Source of the DNA: a virus | Taxonomy: Duplodnaviria > Caudoviricetes | Strand: one strand, 5' to 3' | Virus record (IMG/VR): IMGVR_UViG_3300027672_000002 | Span: 1 to 32,150 of that record | DNA: 32,150 nt | Shown: positions 14,213 to 22,606 of the stretch, one piece after another | Layout of the letters: every line of letters begins with the position of its first letter | Numbering within the stretch: the first letter of the stretch is position 1 | Position numbers and translations under genes: made by a program | The notes under the pieces: model-generated | The model's database searches: none | What the model was told of the DNA's origin: nothing | The model's input: only the letters and a program-made list of their open reading frames with translations

Positions 14213-16336
14213 ATGCAGCAGTTACAGCTATATATTGAGAGCGATAGGCTCGATTTGTTTAAGGACGAAACGGTTTCACTTACCCAGACCATTCAAAATG
14301 TCAAGGATGTGGCTAAGGTATTCACAACTTTTTCAAAGACCTTCTCTGTACCTGCTAGTAAAACAAACAACAAGATATTCAAGCACTATTACAATTTTAA
14401 TATTGTAAACGGCTACGATGCACGTAAGAAAAAAGTAGGTAGAATAGAACTAAACACTTTACCGTTTCAAAGCGGCCTTATTAAGCTGGAGGGGGTTACT
14501 TTAAAAAACAACTTAGCACACACTTACAAGATTACCTTCTTTGGAAATACGGTTGAATTGCCTGACATTATAGGTGACGATGGGCTGGGTTCTTTAGCTT
14601 TTAGTAATGCTAAATATGATTTGACTTATAACGCTTCAGGTATATTGGCTAAATTACAACAAGCATCAGGTTCAGGGGCTTATATTATCACGCCATTGAT
14701 AACACATACTGACCAGCTATATTTTAAGCAAGGTGAAGACATAGCAGATAGTGATAATTTATGGCCAGGCGGTAGTGCAGTAAAGGGTGTGGATTTTAAT
14801 CAGCTAAAGTATGCGCTAAGGCTTTATGAAATCATAGAAGAGATTGAATTAAAATATACCGTTGCAAATGGCTATGCGAATAACATAGTTTTTTCACGGG
14901 ATTTTTTCAATACAGGAAATCCAGTCTTTTATAATCTCTATATGTGGCTACACCGTAAAAGTGGAGCAGTAGAACCACCAACACAGGTAACTACATTTGA
15001 GACAGGAGTAGTTGGGTGGACTGGTTCGCCTAGTCAAATTATAATGGGATATTCCACTATTACAATTCCATCTATTCTCGTAACAGGTTCAAACAAAATA
15101 TTATTAAGTAACATTACTGCAACACCAAACACCAGTTCAGCTGCAATACCTTATATCTTAATTTTAAATTTAAACGGAACGCCAGTATTTACTTCAACAG
15201 AAGCAGCAGGTACAAGAACTTTTGTTACTCCTTTCTTAGTTTCAAACGGTGTTTACAGTGTAACTATAAGACACCAAGTAGGTCTATTTTTTACTTCTGT
15301 TTCTTGGAACATAACAGGTGAAATAGGTGGTACGTCTTATAATGATACAGTAGTAAAAAACAACTTGTCTGCTGCAGCAACATTTGATTTTCAAGTTCCA
15401 AGTCAAATACCTGACATTTCGATTATGTCGTTTCTTACTGGACTTTTCAATATGTTTAGCTTAGTGGCTTATGTTAATGACTCAGGCACAATTGTAGTAA
15501 GGCCATTAGAGGCTCCTACTGTTGACTTTAGTTACTATCTTGAAGAGGACATAGATGGCGAAGAAGGCCCTATAAACTATAACATCTCAGAATACACAGA
15601 CACGACTCAAAGCGAGGTAAACATAGCTTTACCCTACAAAGAGATTATATACGCTTACGAAGGCACTGGGACGTATCTAGCGAAACAACACAATCAATTA
15701 TTCGGTAGTGAATGGGGCGCTTTGAAATATATTGGTGGCACTGATAGAGATGGCCAAGGCGGAGTAAACTTAAACGCATCAACAGAAACATATAAAGTCA
15801 TAGTACCTTTTGAACATATGAAATTCGAGAGGTTGATAAATGTTGGTACATCCGCAAATAATCCTACAACTATTCAATGGGGGTACTCAGTAAATGAGAA
15901 CCAAGAACCATACATAGGTAAGCCACTTATATTTTATGGCATAAGACAATCAGGCGGGTTTAACCTTAGTTTTCAAAACAGTCTTAGTTCAAGAACCATT
16001 ACCAATAGCTATTGGATTCCATCTAATGCTTTATTTCAAGCATCATCGAGCGGTAAACAAAACATCAATTTTAATAATGAGTTAAACGAATATCAATTTG
16101 GCTCTGATCAATTTACATCTACGCTTTTTGCTGTGTATCATAGTGAGTATATTATCGATGTATTTAACCAAAGCCGAAGGATTACACAGGTAACATCATT
16201 TTTACCTCTAAGGATTACATATAATCTTAAACTTAACGACACCTTTACAATCAACTCAAAAATTTATAGAATCAACTCCATTACTACTGACCTACAAAGT
16301 GGCAAGAGTAAAATGGAATTACTAAATAAGGTATGA
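14213..16336 (+). CDS. Tail tip/baseplate hub-like structural protein
   Basis: LDLFKDE...FSKTFSVPAS..NN N-terminus; YRINSITTDL C-terminus. Confidence 0.6.
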   Translation: MQQLQLYIESDRLDLFKDETVSLTQTIQNVKDVAKVFTTFSKTFSVPASKTNNKIFKHYYNFNIVNGYDARKKKVGRIELNTLPFQSGLIKLEGVTLKNNLAHTYKITFFGNTVELPDIIGDDGLGSLAFSNAKYDLTYNASGILAKLQQASGSGAYIITPLITHTDQLYFKQGEDIADSDNLWPGGSAVKGVDFNQLKYALRLYEIIEEIELKYTVANGYANNIVFSRDFFNTGNPVFYNLYMWLHRKSGAVEPPTQVTTFETGVVGWTGSPSQIIMGYSTITIPSILVTGSNKILLSNITATPNTSSAAIPYILILNLNGTPVFTSTEAAGTRTFVTPFLVSNGVYSVTIRHQVGLFFTSVSWNITGEIGGTSYNDTVVKNNLSAAATFDFQVPSQIPDISIMSFLTGLFNMFSLVAYVNDSGTIVVRPLEAPTVDFSYYLEEDIDGEEGPINYNISEYTDTTQSEVNIALPYKEIIYAYEGTGTYLAKQHNQLFGSEWGALKYIGGTDRDGQGGVNLNASTETYKVIVPFEHMKFERLINVGTSANNPTTIQWGYSVNENQEPYIGKPLIFYGIRQSGGFNLSFQNSLSSRTITNSYWIPSNALFQASSSGKQNINFNNELNEYQFGSDQFTSTLFAVYHSEYIIDVFNQSRRITQVTSFLPLRITYNLKLNDTFTINSKIYRINSITTDLQSGKSKMELLNKV

Positions 16337-16473
16337 TAAAGAACATAATTGATTTACTCCAGATTGCAGATGGAGAAACGGAAAACATAAGAATTGCACA
16401 AGGAAAGAACGCTTTGCCTAAAGACTTGAAGGGTGCTTATAAAATTATTAAAAACACGATAAAATGGCAGTAG
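16333..16473 (+). CDS. 46-aa protein (not in ORF track)
   Basis: ATGA overlap; MIKNIIDLLQ...IRIAQGKNALPK. Confidence 0.65.
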   Translation: MIKNIIDLLQIADGETENIRIAQGKNALPKDLKGAYKIIKNTIKWQ

Positions 16474-18557
16474 TAAAAGAATTTACCTTAAACATATCCA
16501 CTGCGGAAGCCCAAGCTAATGTAGAGGAATTGAATGCTTCTTTTCGTGCTCAAGAAAGTTTAATAGAGGGGTTAAAATCTGAACTAGAATCTTTTGAAAA
16601 AGAACTCAGTCAAACCACTAAAACAGAATTTGCAAGGAGAAAGTCTTTAAACAATCAAATAAATGAAACAAAAACAAAATTAGTCGAAGAGGTTGATGGC
16701 TTAAAAAATGTAACCAAAGAAAGAAAGAAAGCTAATGAAACTCTAAAAGAATCGGAAGAAAACGCGGCTGATTATGGTGGGGTTCTTGGAATGATTGATG
16801 CTAAAACTGGTGGTCTTATTTCTGGATTAGGCGGAATGAAAACATCAATAATGGCTGCCACAAAAGGGTTTAACCTGATGAAAGTTGCTATTATAGGGAC
16901 GGGTATTGGCGCTTTATTAATTGGTATACTGGCTATCGGAAAAGCCTTTACAAGTTCAGAAAAAGGACAGAATCAGTTTAATAAGTTGATGGCAGTGATG
17001 GGCTCTATCGTAGATGTGTTTACAGATAGACTAGCATCTTTAGGTAGCTTTTTAATTGATTTATTTACAAGCCCTTTAGAAACCTTAAAAAACTTCGGAA
17101 AAGGGATACAGGATTTTGTAATGGACAAAGTAGACCTAGCAATAGAGAGTCTGGGTTTTATGGGTTCTGCTATTTCTAAACTTTTTAGCGGAGATTTTAG
17201 TGGGGCATTAGTAGATGCTGGAACGGGAATTGTCGGACTAAATAAGGCTCTGAATCCTGCTGTAATTTTAACAGATGCTTTAGTAAATTCTACAAAAAAC
17301 TTAATCAATGAATTATCTGAAGAGTCGAGAATAATTGCCAAAGTATCTGACCAAAGAGCAGAAGCAGATAAGCTAGATAGGCAAATTATTTTAGATAGAG
17401 CAAAAGCAAATAGAGACAGAGCAGACTTGCTAAACAAAGCAGTTGATAAAGAAACTTTTACTCTAGAACAACGTATTGGTTTTTTACAAGAAGCTGGAAG
17501 GTTAGAAGATGAAATAACAGGAAAGGAAATTGCTGCTGCTCAATTAAGATTAGATGCTAGAATAGCTGAAAATTCATTAGGTGAAACAACTAAAGACCAA
17601 GCTGATGAAGAGGTTAGATTAAAGGCTGAACTGATAAATCTGGAAACAGCTAAATTACAAAAAGATAGAGAGGTCACGGCACAGGTAATTGCATTAAAAG
17701 CTGAAGAGGCTGCGGCAATAGTAGCAGCAGATAACCTTGTTGCTGCAAATAAAAAAGAAATAGAGGATGCTGAAAAGGTAAGGATACAAGAATTAGATAA
17801 TCTCAAAAAAACAATACGAGATGAAACAGCACTTTTTGAAAGTGAAAGAAGAGCTTTAGAGCTAGTTAAAATACAAGAACATTACGATGCTTTATTAGCC
17901 CAAGCCATAGCGGCAAAAGAAATAACTGAAGTTGAGCTGGGAGAAATTGCTGCAGCAGGATTAAAAGCAATAGCAGACAAAAAAGCACAGTTTGATGCCA
18001 TAGATGTAAAAAGAACTAAAGATGTAGAAAACGCAAAACTTATAGAAAAACAACAGGCTCAAGCTCAGGGAATTGCTTTAATAGGTGAGTTAGGTGGAAC
18101 CTTACAGGCAATAGCTGGAGACAATAAAAAACTAGCCATTGCTGGAGTTATTGCAACTCAAGCTGGAGCAGTAGCTCAAATAATATCAGCAACAGGTATA
18201 GCAAATGCTAAAGCAGCAGCAATTTCTCCTGCAACTGGTGGTATGCCTTTTGTAGCTATGAACTCTATTTCCGCAGGTCTTGGCATCGTTAGGTCTGTAT
18301 CTAGTGCTAGGACAGCTATTGCAAATATTAAAGCAGGGGCATCACCATCGCCAGGCTCAACTAATGCAAGAGTACCAACACCAGCAGCTCCTGCGACACC
18401 ACCTGATTTTAATGTAGTTGGTGCAAGTAACACAAATCAACTAGCAGATGCAATAGGTTCACAAACCAATCAACCTGTTAAAGCCTTTGTAGTAGCCAGT
18501 GATGTAACAACAGCTCAAAGTCTGGAAAGAAACATAATCACAGGTGCAACAATTTAA
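16464..18557 (+). CDS. Tape measure protein
   Basis: 697 aa, Ala-rich helical/coiled coil with hydrophobic segments (IIGTGIGALLIGI). Confidence 0.8.
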   Translation: MAVVKEFTLNISTAEAQANVEELNASFRAQESLIEGLKSELESFEKELSQTTKTEFARRKSLNNQINETKTKLVEEVDGLKNVTKERKKANETLKESEENAADYGGVLGMIDAKTGGLISGLGGMKTSIMAATKGFNLMKVAIIGTGIGALLIGILAIGKAFTSSEKGQNQFNKLMAVMGSIVDVFTDRLASLGSFLIDLFTSPLETLKNFGKGIQDFVMDKVDLAIESLGFMGSAISKLFSGDFSGALVDAGTGIVGLNKALNPAVILTDALVNSTKNLINELSEESRIIAKVSDQRAEADKLDRQIILDRAKANRDRADLLNKAVDKETFTLEQRIGFLQEAGRLEDEITGKEIAAAQLRLDARIAENSLGETTKDQADEEVRLKAELINLETAKLQKDREVTAQVIALKAEEAAAIVAADNLVAANKKEIEDAEKVRIQELDNLKKTIRDETALFESERRALELVKIQEHYDALLAQAIAAKEITEVELGEIAAAGLKAIADKKAQFDAIDVKRTKDVENAKLIEKQQAQAQGIALIGELGGTLQAIAGDNKKLAIAGVIATQAGAVAQIISATGIANAKAAAISPATGGMPFVAMNSISAGLGIVRSVSSARTAIANIKAGASPSPGSTNARVPTPAAPATPPDFNVVGASNTNQLADAIGSQTNQPVKAFVVASDVTTAQSLERNIITGATI

Positions 18558-18561
18558 TAAA

Positions 18562-18591
18562 TACAAAAAATCAATTTAATTACGTTATATA
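18562..18591 (+). promoter_or_regulatory. Late promoter 3
   Basis: TACAAA-N13-TACGTTATATA, 3 nt before ATG 18595. Confidence 0.85.
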
Positions 18592-18594
18592 GAT

Positions 18595-19203
18595 ATGAGA
18601 ATAGTTGAACTAATACTAGACGAGGAGCAAGAAGAAAGTGGCATTGAGGCTATTTCCATTGTTGAAAGCCCTGCAATAGAATCTGATTTTGTCGCCCTAA
18701 GTGCTGAAGAAATTAAACTGGCTGAGGTTGATAAGGAAAAAAAGATACTGCTTGGTGCTTTGTTGATACCTAACAAACCCATCTACAGAAATGGTGATGA
18801 AGGCGAGTACTATATTTTCTTTTCAAAAGACACCATAGTTAAGGCATCACAGATGTACTTAAAAAATGGTTATCAAAATAAATCAACCTTAGAACACGAC
18901 CAAGCACTTAACGGCCTAACCCTAGTTGAAAGTTGGATCGTTGAAGACGAGGTAATGGACAAGTCAAGAAAATACGGACTTAATGTGCCAGTGGGTACGT
19001 GGATGGGTGCTGTAAAAGTTAACAACGATGAAATATGGCAAGAGTATGTTAAAACAAATAAGGTTAAAGGCTTCTCAATTGAGGGTTACTTTGCTGACAA
19101 AATGGGAAAACCTAAAGAAGAGGCTAAAGAGGACTTATCAAAAGATGAAAAGCTACTTAATGAAATAGTAAACATTTTAATTTCAGAAAATGAGACAAAA
19201 TAA
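18595..19203 (+). CDS. XkdF-like putative prohead (serine) protease
   Basis: AISIVESPAIE, LEH, VESW, GTW, VKGFSIEG. Confidence 0.75.
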   Translation: MRIVELILDEEQEESGIEAISIVESPAIESDFVALSAEEIKLAEVDKEKKILLGALLIPNKPIYRNGDEGEYYIFFSKDTIVKASQMYLKNGYQNKSTLEHDQALNGLTLVESWIVEDEVMDKSRKYGLNVPVGTWMGAVKVNNDEIWQEYVKTNKVKGFSIEGYFADKMGKPKEEAKEDLSKDEKLLNEIVNILISENETK

Positions 19204-19354
19204 CAGCGCAAATGATAAAAACTTTATAGGCAGTAGAACCTCACCTAAAGGCAGCGGCAGGGCCTGTCTATGTTGGGATAGCAATACCTACTCTATATCG
19301 TGTTGTGACGGGTCTATGAGGGCTCAGGGGATAGGTGTTATCACTAGAATCTAA
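19190..19354 (+). CDS. 54-aa Cys-rich protein (not in ORF track)
   Basis: SRTSPKGSGRACLCWDSNTYSISCCDGSMRAQGIG. Confidence 0.7.
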   Translation: MRQNNSANDKNFIGSRTSPKGSGRACLCWDSNTYSISCCDGSMRAQGIGVITRI

Positions 19355-19361
19355 ATGAAAA

Positions 19362-19391
19362 TACAAAATTGAACTTTAATTACGTTATATA
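19362..19391 (+). promoter_or_regulatory. Late promoter 4
   Basis: TACAAA-N13-TACGTTATATA, 3 nt before ATG 19395. Confidence 0.85.
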
Positions 19392-19394
19392 TAT

Positions 19395-20009
19395 ATGAAA
19401 TCAACTGAAATGATCAACCAAATCAAAACGCTCTTAAACATTGAGGTAAAACTTATGGATATGAAGCTAGAAAATGGCACAGTAGTTAGTGCTGAATCCT
19501 TTGAAAAAGGCAAAGAGATTTTTATCGTTACAGACGATGAGAAAGTAGCAATGCCTGTTGGCGAGTATATGCTCGAAGATGGAAAATTGCTTGTTGTAAC
19601 TGAAGAGGGAATGATTGCAGATGTCAGAGAGGTAGCCGACGAGGTTCCTGCTAAAGAAACTGAAGAAGGTGAAGAGATTACTTCTGACTTGGAAAAAGAT
19701 GGCAAAAAAGAAAGCTATGCTGAAGAAGATGAAATGATGCGAGATATGATGGGTCGCATCCAAAATCTGGAAGATGCAATTGCTGACTTAAAAGGCGATA
19801 AGGAATCCAAAATGGAGGAAACAGAAGAAGAGATGTCTGTTGAAAAACCATTAAAGTCTCGTACTATTAAAGAAGAATTTGCAGAAGCATCTGCTGCTCC
19901 AATCAAACATAACCCTGAAGGTGAAACTGCTAAGAAAAAAGTAGAATTTGCTAAAGGCAGAATGGGAGCAACAGCAATGGACAGAGTATTAAGTAAATTA
20001 AATAAATAA
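19395..20009 (+). CDS. Putative capsid scaffolding protein
   Basis: Acidic with coiled coil; PVGEYMLEDG; between protease and MCP. Confidence 0.65.
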   Translation: MKSTEMINQIKTLLNIEVKLMDMKLENGTVVSAESFEKGKEIFIVTDDEKVAMPVGEYMLEDGKLLVVTEEGMIADVREVADEVPAKETEEGEEITSDLEKDGKKESYAEEDEMMRDMMGRIQNLEDAIADLKGDKESKMEETEEEMSVEKPLKSRTIKEEFAEASAAPIKHNPEGETAKKKVEFAKGRMGATAMDRVLSKLNK

Positions 20010-20017
20010 AAAAATCA

Positions 20018-20437
20018 ATGGGAACTTTTAATTATACATCAAACGATGTTGAGTACAACCAAGTAGGTCAATCTTACTACACAGCAACAGGAGACATTTC
20101 TGAAGGCGATATAGGAAACGACCACAACGTAGGAACTGATGGTTTGACTATCGGTATTCCAAAAATTACAACAGGGAATTTAGGATGCACAATATTCTTT
20201 AGAAATTCAGGTGCAGCAGGAAACAACAAAGTAGTTATTTCGCCTGATGATTCAAACAAAATTGTAGGTGCTGTTACTTTAGCAGGTTCAGTAGTTGTAG
20301 CTAGTGGTGTTCTTGGAAAAGACTGGGAAAATACTAAGGCAACATCTATTCAAGGTGACTGGTGTGCTTTAAGAGCAGTGTCTCTTACTGAGTGGTACAT
20401 CATAGGCTGTCAGGGAATTTGGGCATCAGAAGGATAA
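20018..20437 (+). CDS. Putative head decoration/fibre protein
   Basis: Gly/Thr-rich beta protein between scaffold and MCP. Confidence 0.45.
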   Translation: MGTFNYTSNDVEYNQVGQSYYTATGDISEGDIGNDHNVGTDGLTIGIPKITTGNLGCTIFFRNSGAAGNNKVVISPDDSNKIVGAVTLAGSVVVASGVLGKDWENTKATSIQGDWCALRAVSLTEWYIIGCQGIWASEG

Positions 20438-20464
20438 GCATTAATTAAATAAATTAAAACGAAT

Positions 20465-21439
20465 ATGAGTAATTTAAAAAATGTAGCATTGGCTACAACA
20501 ACAAATATCACTACTAGCTATGCTGGTGAGTTTGCTGGTGAGTACATCGCAGCAGCTCTACTAAGTGCATCTACTATTGATGATGGCGGACTGACTGTAA
20601 AAGCTAACATCTCTTTCAAAGAGGTAATTAAGAAATTGGCAACTGGTAATCTGGTAAGCCCTGCATCTTGTGATTTTGCACCAAACAGTTCTGTAACTCT
20701 TACAGAGCGTATCATTCAGCCAGTTGAGCTACAAGTTAACTTGCAATTATGTAAGTACGATTTTGTAAATGATTGGGAAAGTCAATCAATGGGCTATGGA
20801 TTGGGTCAGGCTTTGCCACCTAAATTCTCTGACTTTATGATTGCTCACGTAGCAAGTGAAGTAGCTCAGAACACGGAGTTTTGTATTTGGCAAGGCGATA
20901 CGACTGCGGCAAGTAATAACTCGTTTGACGGTTTTGAAAAGATAATTGCAACAGCAGCAGCAGCAGGAGATATTCCAGCAGCTCAACAAGTAACGGCAGC
21001 AACTCTTTCAGCAGCAAATATCATTGCTCAAATGAGTTTAGTAGTTGATGCAATTCCAGCAGCACTTTACGGTAAAGAAGATTTATTCCTTTACGTTGGT
21101 TCAGCAGCAGCTAAATTCTATGTTCAAGCTCTTGGTGGTTTTGCCGCTCAAGGATTGGGAGCAAATGGTGTTTCAAATATGGGTACTCAATGGTGGAACA
21201 ACGGAAGTTTGACTATCAACGGTGTTAAAGTATTTGTATGCCCAGGAATGAAGGCTAACAAAATGTATGTTGCTCAACGCTCTAACTTGTATTTCGGTAC
21301 TGGTTTATTGAATGACACTAATGCTGTGAAGGTTTTAGATATGAGTGATCTTGATGCTTCTAACAACGTGAGAATGGTAATGCGCTTTACAAGCGCTGTT
21401 CAATTTGGTGTTGCTTCTGACATCGTTGAATACGCTTAA
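20465..21439 (+). CDS. Major capsid protein
   Basis: 324 aa; TSYAGEFAGEYI, CIWQGD, NLYFGTGLL; follows protease and scaffold, precedes a terminator. Confidence 0.85.
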   Translation: MSNLKNVALATTTNITTSYAGEFAGEYIAAALLSASTIDDGGLTVKANISFKEVIKKLATGNLVSPASCDFAPNSSVTLTERIIQPVELQVNLQLCKYDFVNDWESQSMGYGLGQALPPKFSDFMIAHVASEVAQNTEFCIWQGDTTAASNNSFDGFEKIIATAAAAGDIPAAQQVTAATLSAANIIAQMSLVVDAIPAALYGKEDLFLYVGSAAAKFYVQALGGFAAQGLGANGVSNMGTQWWNNGSLTINGVKVFVCPGMKANKMYVAQRSNLYFGTGLLNDTNAVKVLDMSDLDASNNVRMVMRFTSAVQFGVASDIVEYA

Positions 21440-21458
21440 TTCATTAATTAATATTTAG

Positions 21459-21498
21459 AAAGGGGTGGGTGGTATTAATCCGCTCACCCTTTTTTTTT
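21459..21498 (+). terminator. Intrinsic terminator/attenuator after MCP
   Basis: GGGTGGGTGG...CCGCTCACCC followed by T9. Confidence 0.85.
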
Positions 21499-21520
21499 AA
21501 ACCTATAAAAAAATAAAATT

Positions 21521-22072
21521 ATGGCTTGTGTATTATCAAAAGGGAGAAAGCTACCCTGTAAGTCCGCTTTTGGCGGCATAAAAGCTGTGTATTTTGCTGA
21601 CTTCGGTGAGATAACCGCTATCACAATCACTGAAAATACTGGAGAAATTGCATTGACAGCTTCTGGTATTGAATGGTACAAGTATGATGTTAAGGGAAAT
21701 AGCAGCTTAGAAACAACAGTAACGTCTTCACGTGAAAATGGCACTACCTTTTACACTCAGACTGTAAATCTTACCCTTACATTCTTAGATGCATTGACTC
21801 AAGCGCAATTACAAAAAGTAGCTGTTGCTCGTCCTTATGTTGCTGTGGAAGACTATTACGGAAACACATTTCTTTGTGGATACGAAAATGGAATGGAGTT
21901 TACTGGAGGAACTGTCGTTACAGGAGCGGCTGCTGGTGACCTTAGTGGTTTTACTTTGACTATGGAAGGTATGGAAGATCGTGCACCTTATTTCATTACT
22001 GCTGGGATAGCTACTGCTGACCAAGGAGCTCAAATTGATCCTACTCTAGCAGCTCCACCTGATCCAGAGTAA
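21521..22072 (+). CDS. Major tail tube protein
   Basis: MAC.L..GR.LPCK...GGIKAVYF; SRENGTTFY; GFTLTMEGME. Confidence 0.7.
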   Translation: MACVLSKGRKLPCKSAFGGIKAVYFADFGEITAITITENTGEIALTASGIEWYKYDVKGNSSLETTVTSSRENGTTFYTQTVNLTLTFLDALTQAQLQKVAVARPYVAVEDYYGNTFLCGYENGMEFTGGTVVTGAAAGDLSGFTLTMEGMEDRAPYFITAGIATADQGAQIDPTLAAPPDPE

Positions 22073-22094
22073 TTTGATTTTAAATTAAAAAATT

Positions 22095-22124
22095 AAGCCT
22101 CCATAATTGGGGGCTTTTTTTTTT
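22095..22124 (+). terminator. Intrinsic terminator
   Basis: AAGCCTCCA-TAAT-TGGGGGCTT followed by a T-run. Confidence 0.9.
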
Positions 22125-22137
22125 GATAAAATGATTC

Positions 22138-22167
22138 TACAAATAAACCTTTTTTTTACGTTATATA
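22138..22167 (+). promoter_or_regulatory. Late promoter 5
   Basis: TACAAA-N13-TACGTTATATA, 4 nt before ATG 22172. Confidence 0.85.
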
Positions 22168-22171
22168 GAGG

Positions 22172-22606
22172 ATGATTATATTAACTACCTCCACAGCGGC
22201 ACAAACGATATCGGTAATACCTAGACAGTATGATGATAGCGACTTTTCAATGTCTATACGTGACGATAGCACAAATGTCACAGTACTATATCAAAATAAG
22301 ACAGGAACAACAGTAGGTAACTATCTACAATTTGCTCAGGCATTTTTTCCTGTATTAGTTGAGGCTCATTTCTATGACCTATATTTATACGTTGACTATA
22401 ATTTCTGGAATACAAATAACAGCTTTTGGAATTTGTATGACATTCTTTGGCAGATTGACTCTGATTACAAAGAGGATATTTTTAGAGATAGAATATTTTG
22501 TACAGACCAAGACATCGATCAGCTAAATGATAATGACCATTACCAATTGAACAAAGGTCAATACACTTCCTACAAAGGATTTGATAATACTTATACAGTA
22601 CGATGA
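22172..22606 (+). CDS. Virion structural protein (pre-portal)
   Basis: Late promoter; ATGA-coupled to portal. Confidence 0.55.
   Translation: MIILTTSTAAQTISVIPRQYDDSDFSMSIRDDSTNVTVLYQNKTGTTVGNYLQFAQAFFPVLVEAHFYDLYLYVDYNFWNTNNSFWNLYDILWQIDSDYKEDIFRDRIFCTDQDIDQLNDNDHYQLNKGQYTSYKGFDNTYTVR

Noticed and set aside
14210-14215. In-frame TAG-ATG junction suggesting amber readthrough or recoding
   Set aside because: TAG ends several other genes normally, no suppressor tRNA is seen, and long genes are intact in code 11.
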